A stretch of 53,137 bases of DNA, counting the filler, from Sphacelaria rigidula (lineage: Eukaryota), in assembly GCA_964200075.2 (NCBI GenBank). It is 3 parts of 3 records of this genome, joined end to end, with 100 filler letters (N's around TTAATTAATTAA, not from the genome) between each part and the next. Parts side by side here need not be neighbours in the genome. Positions count along the whole stretch, not along the records: positions 1 to 17,650 come from CAXNAA020001021.1; positions 17,751 to 35,395 come from CAXNAA020001022.1; 1 more part is not named here. One strand, written 5' to 3'. The notes under the pieces were generated by a model. It searched no databases. It was not told the origin of the DNA and worked only from the letters and a program-made list of their open reading frames with translations. Of this stretch, positions 12,951 to 23,579 are shown in pieces; position 1 is the stretch's first letter, and every line of letters starts with the position of its first letter. The position numbers were made by a program, and so were the translations under genes.

Positions 12951-15900
12951 CAGGCCGTCAGACGTCGCATCAGCAAAGGAAGCGACTAACCCTACCCAGT
13001 CGGGAACGACCGGCTCATCAAATGCGGTAGCGGCTACATCATGTTCAGTACCGGCTGGCACATCAGATGCCGTGGGAGCTGCATCTGATAGGGTGTTTGC
13101 TACATCAGATGCTGTGACGGGCACACCAGGTGCCATATCGGCCAGCGCGTTGGTTGCCGGGATGACTAGAGCAGGTACTGTACATGTTACACCATGTTCC
13201 GCAGTGACTACTACATCAGGTGCCTTATCATCTGCATCGGATGCTCTAATGGGCACATCAGGTCCATTATCGGCTAGATCAAGCGCTACATTGGCCACAT
13301 CAGGTGCCGCATCGGGTGCATCAGGTGCTGTACCGGTTACATCCGATGCCGTATCGGCTACACCAAGTGTTGCAACTAGAAAATCAGGCGTTGGGACGGC
13401 TAGCACATCGAGTGCGGTAACGTTTGGCACATCAGGTGCCGTAATGGCTAGTTCAGGCTCCGTACCTGCTACACCAGGTTCTGTGGTGGCTACCACATCA
13501 CGCGCCGTACCGGCTACGTCAGGTCCTGTAACGGGCACATCAGGTTCCGTATCGACCACGTTTAGTTCTGTAATGGACACACCAGGTGCCGTACCAGTTA
13601 CATCAGGTGGCGTATCGGCGACAGCAAGCAGCGTATCGGCTACATCAGATGTACCGTCTACATCAGGTGCCATGCAGACTACATCACGTACCGTAATGGC
13701 TACATCTGATGGCATACCGGCTACACCAGATGCAGTAACGGGCAAATCAGATGCCATGACGGCTCGAACACCAGGTGCGGTAACGGACATACCAGATTCT
13801 GTACTTACTACCCCAGATGCCGTAGTGGCTACAGCATCAGGTACTGTATCGGCAAAGTCAGGTGCTGCAATGGCGATGTCAGATGCCGTGCCGGCTACAT
13901 CAGATGCCCTATCGGCAAAGTCAGGTGCTACAGTGGCCATGTCAGATGCCGTACCGGCTACATCAGATGCCGTACCGGCTACATCAGGTGCTGCAATGAC
14001 CATATTTGATGCCGTGCCGGCTACATCAGACGCCGTACCAATTACATTAGGTGCCAAGACGGCTACCCCCAGTGCCCTGCTGGCCGCGTCAGGAGCCGTA
14101 CCGACTAAATCAGACGCCGTATCGGCCACATCAGTTGCCCTACCGGCTACATCAGGAGCCGTATTGGCTAGTTCAGGCGCCGTACCGACTAAACCAGATG
14201 CCGTATCGGCCACATCAGTTGCCCTACCGACTACATCAGGAGCCGTATTTGCTAGTTCAGGGGCCGTACCGACTAAATCACATGCCGTATCGGCCACATC
14301 ACGGGCCGTACAGACTACGTCAGATGCCGTATCGGCCACATTAGGGGCCGTACCGACTAAATCAGATGCCGTATCGGCTGCATCAGATGACGTCAGGGCT
14401 GCCGTGGTGCCTACACCAGGCGCCGTATCAGCTACACCATGTGCCATAGCGACTACGCCAGGTGTCGTGCCAGCCCCATCAGGTGCCTTATTGGCTTCAT
14501 CAGGTGCCATGCCTGCCGCATCGAATGTCGTATCGGCTACACCAGGTGCCGTATCGGCCACATCAGATGTCCTAGCGATTAAACCAAGTTCCGCACCAAC
14601 CAACCCAGGTTCCGCACCGACTGCATCAGGTGCCGTAATGGCTACATCTAATGATGTACCGACTGCATCAGATACCGCACAGACTAGATCACATGGCGCA
14701 GTGGCTACATCAGGTGCCGTATCGGCTGCGTCAGAGGTCGTAATGACCAACCCCGCTGCTAACCTTACCGCGACAACAGCTAGCTTTGTAAAAGGAGCCC
14801 CAACAAATCCTGACACGCCGACTACAGGCAACGCTGCGAAAACAGTGACCCATGCAGATTCGACGAATATGTCAACAACGGTCATGGCCAGTACTGACAA
14901 TGCAGGCGATGCGAGATCGCCCACAATCCTGACTGCACCGAATGCATCCGCCAAACCGACCACCACTGCTACCGATACAGCTTCCCCGAACTCCAGCACA
15001 CTAACCGCACATCCAACACCGGCTTCTGACGACGCGAGTGCTATTGTAGCCCCATCCGTAGCCGCCGACGACTCAGAAAACGGAAAGCCAAAACACCCGA
15101 AGCTGGAGGCATCATCCCAAGTGTCACGACCTTCCAAAAATGCTAGCGATGACGAAAGTGCCACAAGGACCAGGAGTGCTACGAGCAAGTCGGCGCCGAA
15201 GGTAAAAACGACGCCAAAGGCGAAGCGGGCAACTACTGCTGCCAGTGCGGAAGGCGATACTACTCCCGGTCCTGCTACTTCTGCTGCGCCGAAAACTCCG
15301 CCGCAATCGTGCTCGGACTCTGGTGGTGGTGCCGGGACCGGGGGAAAGCGGAAGCGCTCTGCCAAGCGCACCTTTAGCCCCACACCGCGGACGTTCAAGA
15401 GCACAAAGCGCGGGAGCCCTGCTGCTGGTCCTCGGCCGGCTAGTTCTGTAGAAGAATACCTGGCGAATACCGAGCGAGGGAAGGAGGTTGTTGCGTCCAT
15501 TAAAAAGGGTACAGGTGCGTTCTGGAACTAGACGTCTGTTGAAATTGTGCATCAGGTGGCCCTATCAATGACACCCTGTAATGCGTGAGAGGACCGCGTG
15601 CTTAGAGGACTGCATCCTAGTCCAAAACACCTCAGGATCGACTTTTTTCAAAACCAATCCGGCCAGTCCCTGCAAGGATCACGCCCCTAACCCCAACCCC
15701 AACCCCAACCGCAACACTAATCCTAACCCTTACCATAGGGGTGTTGAAACTCCGATGTGGTCCTCTACGCACCCGGTCCTCTTACGCATTACAACCCATG
15801 AACTTGTCCAGTGTCAGGCACCTCTCCGGGGTAGGCGTGTAGTTTTCAATCGCGTGGGTAAAACATGAGACGGCATACGCTGTACAGTATAGGCTAGTTT

Positions 15901-18900
15901 TGTTCACATGGTAACTTGTTCGGCACGCCAGTAAATAATGCCTCGGAATATATTTTGTCATACATAAGGTGCCTGTTGTGTCCAAATGCGCTACTGGTGT
16001 GTGGTGAGTCGTGGTGTGTACTTTCGGGTTTGCTGCGGGGTACTGGTAGCACCTGCCGTACGTCCAGCTTCACGAGAAGTACGAATACGACTGAAAATGT
16101 TGATCGAGCATTGGCTCTGCCCTACTCCCGTGCCCCGTACACGATTCGCATCCGCGCAGTTTTCTGGATCAAGTTCAGTGACACCAAGCAAGCTTGGCTG
16201 GAGTGCGGGCTTGTCTGTAAGGTGAAGAATCAGACGAATGCGTCCTCCGTGATGGGATCCTATATATATATATATATTTTCTCTCCGCTCGTTCAATTTT
16301 TCATGGTGGTGATGGTGATAGTGCTGGTGCTGGTGCTGGTGATATCCTTATAGTAGTGGGCGATCCAACTTTTCAGTGGTGTTTTGGGGTTTTCCTCGCG
16401 TACTACTCTCCGATAGAACTCGAAATTGCTAGCGTAGGTATACTTTTGTACAGTAAACAGATTATCCTCGAAATACAGTGCCCAGGTCAGTGTTATTTGG
16501 TGTTATCGGGCGATACGAGAAAAAATACCTTCTTCATCAGGAGGGTGTTATTGACCGTGAAACACAGTTTTTCGGCTCAAACGCTATGAGTAGGCGGAAT
16601 TTCAGAAAAAACTGTACATTTCACAAATATGATCGGGACAAGCTCCATCGACCGAAAATACTGAAGGGTAAGAATCTGGTCTGAAACGTGGCAAGACCCT
16701 CGATGACCGGTCAGCCCGTTGCTCCGTCTCGTAAGGGATGCGTGGTCAATGGTCAAATGACTAAGGCAAGCAACAAATGAGTACGTAAGCCACCCAATAT
16801 TGAATACATATGTTTTTTTTTTTTTCTTGGAATGTAGTGCGGATACAAGTATGTCAAGATCCTCAATGTGATGAGCGGTGGCAAACGAAAAGAGCCAAAG
16901 GAAATCGGCAATTACGGAAACATCACGAAAAGCCACAAAACGAACAGTTGGACTGGCGACTTCTGTATCTCGATCGTGACACTGCCAGCTGTTTGATCAT
17001 CGGTTGAATATGTGTCCTACAGTAAGAAAGGGGCTGACGCTCTGCTGCAGTGTTCATGCGTTGCTCCAAAGTGTATTTTGACGGCTGCTACCATTTTTTT
17101 CCCTGTCGTAGCCTGTTGCTACTTCTTTGCGTACTGTGCTCAGAGAGAGTTCATGTTCACCGAGGAGGGGGAAATCTACCGTCTCTGTGTACAGAACTCA
17201 CAACACACATGTGAGCTCTGCGCCTCCCTCTTCTTGACCATTAGACGGCGAACCCCCCTCAGATGAATTGAGATTGCCCCATTTGGTGTACTAATGATCA
17301 TGCATACCATAGTCATAAGACCATTGACCTCGCATCCGCCGGACCAGGCTCGCTTGCCGCATTTGGGGTTCATAACTGCTGCTTTCCCACTACACAAAAC
17401 GCCCTTTCCATCAACATGTGTGGTATACAACGCTCGCGTGTTTGATCCAGAAGCATCTCACACGAGCTCGACTGTACCATCACTTCATCAACCCCTTCCC
17501 ACGAAACTGATTCATTCCTGGTTCCCCAAGCATTCTCGTAGGTACCGTCTACATCCTCTTGGGGGGGGGGGGGAAGGTGTGTGTGTGTGTGTGTGTGTGG
17601 GTGGGGGGGGGGGGGTGGGTGCGTGTGTGGGGGCGGGTGTGGGTGTGTGTNNNNNNNNNNNNNNNNNNNNNNNNNNNNNNNNNNNNNNNNNNNNTTAATT
17701 AATTAANNNNNNNNNNNNNNNNNNNNNNNNNNNNNNNNNNNNNNNNNNNNGGTCCGGCGAAAACCCGGCGTGCTCCATCCCGGCTTTGTAGGGATGCGAG
17801 GTCAATGGTCATATGACTATAATAAGGCGCAGGTGTCTACGCAATCTTGAATACCTAGACAGAGCAGATAGTACCGTTTACGCAAAGCTGGTACGGTTGA
17901 TGACGACAGCAACTTTTTTATTTGTCCTACAGAGCAGCGTCCGCACAATACCGTAGCACCTGAAATACCGAGCAGATTCGCGAGACACCAACCATCGTAT
18001 TGGCAGCAGGGCGAGCCCCTAGAACTATTGCGCACATCGGACAGCTCATGAGCTACTGCAGTATTTCTTCATGCTAGTGTACTGATCCGGATCATGAGCT
18101 ATCTCATTTGGCCCCCTTTGCCATATTTGCTCCATACAGCGTTAGACGTCGATCACGCGGAGTAGCGCAAAGATACCGCTTCGGCTTCTCGGACCCGCTG
18201 TCACGTATTTTGTGTTCTTCGACGACGGGTCTGAGAGTACTCCTCGATTGGTATTTTTGGTAGCTCATGAGCTGTCCGGCGCGAACTATTGCGCGAGGGT
18301 GGTGGATATATGTGCGTGTCGCATGTCCCTCTGCACACTATGTGACTGTACCCGCTCCTTTTCGGTTTCCTCTCCACCTCACAACAGCGAACCTTGCTGA
18401 CGGCAAGGAATTCCCAGCTCCCGAAACAACACCCATCCCTTACTCGGGTTCACAACTCGCCACATAGGCCCCCAAAACGCGCTGTTCCCGGGGACAAGAT
18501 GGTAACAGCATGAGTGGGTTCTTATCACCACAGCTTCATGGTTGTGGAACAATCATCCTTTGACCGCGGGTACGTTTACGCCATTTTTTCCCAAGGTTGT
18601 ATGTGTGTCTTCCCCGACTCCTCCGCCCCCCCCCCAAAACAAAAACATCTCTTCTTACGCCTCACCAGAACGAGCAAAAAGAGTCGGTTATCCTCCACAG
18701 GTTCGATCCTTAAGCTCATGCATGCCAATATCAAAATCGGTCAGTGTACCTCGTGCTCCTTAAGTCCCCAGCTGCGTGACGGTGCCGTTCATTTCCAATT
18801 TCAAAGCACTTTTCTCACCGCATCGCCAAATCCCAGCTACGTAACGGTGTCGCTCATTTTCGACTTTAAGGCGCTTTTTTTCACCGCATCTCCAGCCTAG

Positions 18901-21669
18901 TCACCAATCGAAAAAACAGGAAACATGCCAGAAGTGAACTATCACCTGGTTTTAGTGTATCATCACACTTGCCATTTTCCGGCACTTCTACGTGTCATGA
19001 GGGGAAAAAAAGTCTTGTGTGATGACAGCCGTTCCTTTCTGTCATATTCCGTATGGACTACGACGATGTGGACTGTACAAGAATTTGGCCAGCACAACGC
19101 AAGTACAGCACAGTAGGGTACGGTATAGTACGATGAAGTAAGTACACAAGAGTAGGGCGCAGCGCTTGACCATTTCTCTGCCGATACTTCACATCCTGGC
19201 CTACGATAGAATGCTACCTATGCGAGGTTCTTGCTCTAGTCGCCCCCCCTTCCCTCTCTCGTCTCGAAATGGATGCGTAGTCAATGGTCAAACGATAAAG
19301 GCGAGCAAAAAATCAGTACCTCGCCCCTCCCCTGCTTCCTCTTCCCCAAGGTTTTGACGTTCCACTTTCTCGTGAAGAACGGCAGCCACACCACCGAGGG
19401 CTGTGGCGTTGACGCCTTTGTCTGATCGATATCTTCGGATAATGGATACCTGCCGGGTGTGCAGCGTTCGTTTCCCCAGAAAATGTAAAGGATCGCGGAG
19501 CGCTGAGAGATAGTGCTCGGTTGCCCACAGCCCACTGGGTGACAGGATTGCGTGTTGATGTTCTGATGCGCCGTTTTTCTTTCGCGCTGCAATTCAGGTT
19601 CAAAGTGAAGCTTGGCTGCGAGGATGACTTCGAGAAAGTTTGGAGGTGCGTCGATCGATAGACTACTGCTGGCATGGCATACCTCGAAGACGGCTGGGGT
19701 GGAGTTGAGAGCTCGAATCCCCGCTTTTGTCCTCAGGAGTATGTGATGTCCGTCGTTGGAATCATGAGGGGATGAGCCTCAAAGAAACTTTGACGGAAGT
19801 CGACGGGGGTTTGGGAGTGTTGATTCAATTCGTGATGAGACAAATGCCAAGCATGTTGCGGAGGGCCAGATAGGTTAATCCCTTGAGACGGCGGGCTTGT
19901 CCTCAGAAGGGGGGGGGGGGAGGGTTGAAAGTATGACGGAAAACGATGATTGATGATATCAATGATGCCTGATTTAATTCACCCGTCCTTGTTTCGTCAA
20001 ACAATACAACTACTGTACAGCACTGGAGTTGGTGAGCAACAAACTGCGCAAACTGACTCCGGTGGTACGACCACCCTCTCGTTACCGTCACAAATTTACG
20101 CAAAGCGTGCTCCCGCGGATTGAAGCGGTTCACTTGTTCCAAAAAATGTCCTGCAAAGTTGGCTGTAGCATCGGACACGCGGGCGTTTCGCCGAAGGAGG
20201 CACGTTATCATTTTTTATCTACCCAAACCAGCACCTCACACACAAATTAAGCGCACCTGTTGCCGACAAAACTGCGGTCTAGAAAAAACTTCCGTCAGTA
20301 CAATACGCTCAGACTGTTCTGACCCACGTTCAGGTGTGAACCTGTTGTGTGTAGAGTGCATGCGTCGTTAAACCGGAGAAGCATAAACAGGAGGCGAGTA
20401 ATGGGCGTTTCTTGAACCTCCAACACCAAGATCTATGTGCTGTTGGATATTTACGGAACGCTCATCACTCCCCTCCTTTCATCGGGTCACTCAGACTCCA
20501 AATAATTATTTTATCACCTAGGACCCCAAAATTTCGGTTATCGGAATCCAAACTTGTATGGCGTGTGGTAGCTGTCAATACTTACCAGCAGGTGGGGGAA
20601 TTCAACCATACTTTGAAGAATTGGTGTGGATACGAGTATTTTAGTTTTCCGGATCATGATCCTCAAGGAAAGGCTCCAACCCCAACTTTGAAAATCGGCT
20701 GTTGGTAGATCTCATGTTGGTGTTGCGTGGGACTCTATACTGTCACTGTCCGGTCGTCCACACCCAAGCAGGGAGAGAGAAAGCAAGCTACAAGAATTTT
20801 CCGGGTTCGAGCAGTTCATGCTGCTCAAGGTTGACCACGGAGACAACGGCAAAGACGAAGAGGGAGGCGGGGCTGCTGCCAAGATCGGACATACCGAATT
20901 CATCTCCCACACTATATGGAGCCACAAGCTTGACTTCGACGATTGGAAGAAAAGGTGCGTGTTCGGGAGTCGCCGTTCTCATCAAGCACGCATCGAGAAA
21001 TCACGCGCAAGATTTCCCCCTCCGACTTCGATTAATTATCTGCAGAGTCGGGTCCGATGCAACACACAGGTGTCAAGTAGACAACAGATGAAAATGTCAC
21101 ATTTCACGAAACTGGAACGGGGTGGCACGTCGTTGAGTCCCGCGAACGACGCACGCCAAGGTAGCCCGTGGAGATGCTATCCTCTATCCTGGAACCCCCT
21201 ATCCACACGATCGCGCACGCCCTATGATGTGTCTTGGCGCGATCTCACCTTGGCCGGCGGAGAAATCGCGTACGATTAAAGGCATTTATAGCGTAATTTA
21301 ATCTCGCGGGTGCTGCATAATGATGCGTGAGTACGGTCGAGTCTCACAACTCAAACCCCCGTGTGTATCTCGGTGCCCCCCGTCGAGCCTCATAACTTCG
21401 AGTCCTCCCTTGTGTCTACATTTTCCCTCTCGTCCTGCCGACTCTGCCTTATACCCGTAACTCTTCTCCACGCACCCTACCGCTTGCGCTGCGAGGGCAG
21501 TCAAGCGTTCAAGAGCAGTCACGTTCAGAGCAAGATCGGCGATTTCGTGTTGGAGAGACCTCAACCTGGCATGTACGATGCGGTGATAATAGAGCCGGTG
21601 CCTCCAGAGCACAAGGGCGGTCTCTGGGACTTCGAGAACGAACCTTCGTACTTCGACGGCGACTTATGA
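12951..21669 (+). CDS. Spliced gene B: about 970-aa protein with Ala/Thr/Ser heptad repeats and a C-terminal Tudor/SH3-like domain (paralogue of gene A); start exon not identified
   Basis: Exons 12951-15514 (cag; ACA G|GTGCGT), 16160-16221 (gcag; AAG|GTGAAG), 20830-20954 (or from 20815; AG|GTGCGT) and 21501-21669 (gcag; TGA) join in frame. Product reads ...GKEVVASIKKGT-VFWIKFSDTKQAWLECGLVCK-VDHGD...KIGDFVLERPQPGMYD. The 902-aa ORF 12823-15531 is the large exon plus read-through into introns. Confidence 0.7.
13030..14740 (+). repeat. Coding 21-bp tandem repeat (consensus about ACATCAGGTGCCGTATCGGCT; T-S-G/D-A-V-S/P-A), with higher-order 84-bp units near 14090-14390
   Basis: Repeated ACATCAGGTGCC/ACATCAGATGCC at about 21-nt spacing. 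The 28-aa unit SGAVPTKSDAVSATSVALPATSGAVLAS recurs with variations. Confidence 0.95.
15577..15793 (+). mobile_element. MITE family 1, copy 4
   Basis: TGTAATGCGTGAGAGGACCG...CGGTCCTCTTACGCATTACA with a perfect 4-bp TSD ACCC/ACCC. Confidence 0.92.
16351..16965 (-). mobile_element. Tc1/mariner-type MITE (family 2), copy 2, inverted, with a nested LINE 3' fragment
   Basis: Reverse complement aligns along the length of 5755-6302. TA on both flanks. About 64 bp extra at 16720-16783. Confidence 0.85.
16720..16783 (+). mobile_element. Short 3'-end copy of the LINE at 51340
   Basis: GCTCCGTCTCGTAAGGGATGCGTGGTCAATGGTCAAATGACTAAGGCAA matches the reverse complement of 51340-51388. Confidence 0.8.
17305..17560 (-). 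mobile_element. 3' fragment of a related LINE subfamily (GCEVNG terminus); an oppositely oriented copy lies at 17751-17825
   Basis: GGATGCGAGGTCAATGGTC(T/A)TATGACTAT on - at about 17309-17338 and on + at about 17792-17820. A related TTATGAACCC block is also present at about 52200. Confidence 0.6.
17651..17750. other. Assembly gap/linker
   Basis: 44 N + TTAATTAATTAA + 44 N. Confidence 0.98.
19257..19318 (+). mobile_element. Short 3'-end copy of the same LINE
   Basis: TCTCGAAATGGATGCGTAGTCAATGGTCAAACGATAAAGGCGAGC (SRNGCVVNGQTIKAS). Confidence 0.7.
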
Positions 21670-22271
21670 CGTTGTGGCGTCCTCGCTATCCCACGGCCGC
21701 ACGTACGGTGCAGCTAGCTTGCAGTTCATGGCACGCATCTCCGCGAAGCGTTGAAACCCGGACATCAAAACACCATAGAGCCGCAGTACGATCCAACCTG
21801 ATACGGTATTCTTCGTCACCATCCACGCAGATCCCGACGACTGGATCCTCGTGGTAAATATGTGTGTGTGTCTACAGCAGCCAGGAGCTTCGACAATGGC
21901 GCAAATATCTCAGTTGTTAGGATTGAGATCTTTGACGGCGAACAATTATCGATGAACCTGTCGGTTCGCTGTCGAGAAGATGGACCCTCGTCAGGAGTAC
22001 CGCACTTGTGTATCGGAATGTCACACAATTTTATGTACTCGTCAGCAGTATAATGAACCTTGTTTAAATATTTCAAACCAGGATGGCAACAAGACAGATG
22101 CCGCGCGGCCTCAACACGCGTTCTTCTGTGAGAATGCTTGTGCTCTTAAACGAGGTTCGTACGGGCTAGTGAGGCATCTTTGAGATGCATTGTCATTGTC
22201 ATGGACACCTCGTGTTGCGGATGTTGCACAGTTGCGGACATACGAACCACCAGTGTGATGAATACATCTAC

Positions 22272-22994
22272 TATAGCTCGGAAATGGTTCTTCTAACCAT
22301 TAACTAGTTGACTGGTTACGCGTAGCGCGATCATTAACCAGTTAAATGGTACAAAATGGTTTGGTCATCGAGTGGCGCAGCCGCGATTGTTCTTCACTAA
22401 ACTAGCAAATACGTTAAATTTGGGCAAATTTTCAAGGGCTGTATGTAGCATACGTAGCCAGTAACGGCTTATAAAGCAGGTAACGGTAAATAATGGTTTG
22501 AAACCATTATCCAAAATGCTCATACAACCATGACCATCATTACCATTACAATGATGGAGCAATGCTATGGTGGGGGTTGCACTTTTTTAGCGGAAAGGTT
22601 TCTCAGGGCTGCTCGGGGTGTTGGACGGATCATTTGAGAGTCGGCATCATCTTTACTTGAATAAGGCTGGAAATGATGTCGATTCACGGAAAGGCCCCTG
22701 GGTGCAAGCATCATATTTCTGGGAGTCTGGTCCCCGGAGATTTGTGTTGCACAGTATAAGCCCCATATATTTGGGCTTCTACAAAAAAGAGACTCAAAAA
22801 CAAAAATTGTAACCCCTACCGTAGCATTGCTCGATAGTGGCTACTTATAACTGGTACCCATTCCCGAGCTCCAACATTTTATTATTATTATTATTATTTA
22901 TTACAAAAAAGAGACTCAGAAACAAAAAGTGTAACCCCTACCATAGCATTGCTCGATAGTGGCCACTTATAACTGGTACCATTCCCGAGCTCCA
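22272..22994. mobile_element. hAT-type MITE with a nested MITE and a duplicated right end
   Basis: TIRs TATAGCTCGGAAATGG / CCATTCCCGAGCTCCA. 8-bp TSD ACATCTAC/ACATATAC. AATGGT/ACCATT subterminal motifs. Confidence 0.8.
22557..22832 (+). mobile_element. MITE family 4 (GAGCAATGCTAC TIR), copy 1, nested in the hAT MITE
   Basis: GAGCAATGCTATGGTGGGGGTTGC / GTAACCCCTACCGTAGCATTGCTC. Confidence 0.85.
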
Positions 22995-23323
22995 ACATAT
23001 ACTGTGTACATCGCTCTGTTCTACCGTTCTGTGCATTTTTATTCAGTGAGTGTTTCCATCTTGTCTTTATCTCGAGTGCGTCCATCATGTGACCACACCT
23101 CGACCCCTGGGGGTCAGTTGAAGTGCGACAATCAAGTAACCAATCAGTTAGAGAAGTTCATGTTGCAATCGTGCCGCGTGGGCTCATATGTCGACATCAA
23201 ATATCAAAGTCGTGTGCATCATTACTTGAGAGTCCCGCCTGGGTTGTTCCGTCATCGTGGATGATTCTAAGGTGCAACTGTACCACCGGTGGTGGTACGA
23301 AGTGACGCTTTTTGTCTGGGAAA

Positions 23324-23579
23324 GAGCAATGCTACCGTAGGGGTTACCCTTTTTGTGGAGGCCAAAATATATGGGGCTTACTGTGCAACCCAAATCTCCG
23401 AGGACCGGAATCCCACAAACATGTTATTTGCACCCAGGGGCCTTTTCGTGAATCGGCATCATTTTCAGTCTTTTTCAGGTAAAAATGATGCCGATTCTCA
23501 GCATGACCTGTCCAACACCCCGAGCAGCCCCGAGAAACCTTTTCGCCAACAAAGTGCAATCCCTACCGTAGCATCACTC
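23324..23579 (-). mobile_element. MITE family 4, copy 2 (inverted)
   Basis: Reverse-complement homology to 22557-22832. 5-bp direct flanks GGAAA/GGAAA. Confidence 0.85.

Noticed and set aside
12918-15500. 860-aa antisense ORF
   Set aside because: It mirrors the repeat-rich sense exon, whose codon usage gives few antisense stops. Splice sites and paralogy support the + strand.
15686-15730. CCCTAA-like tracts as true telomere or chromosome-fusion relics
   Set aside because: Short, degenerate and confined within MITE TIRs.
17695-17706. TTAATTAATTAA within N runs (also 35440-35451)
   Set aside because: Artificial six-frame-stop linker, not biology.
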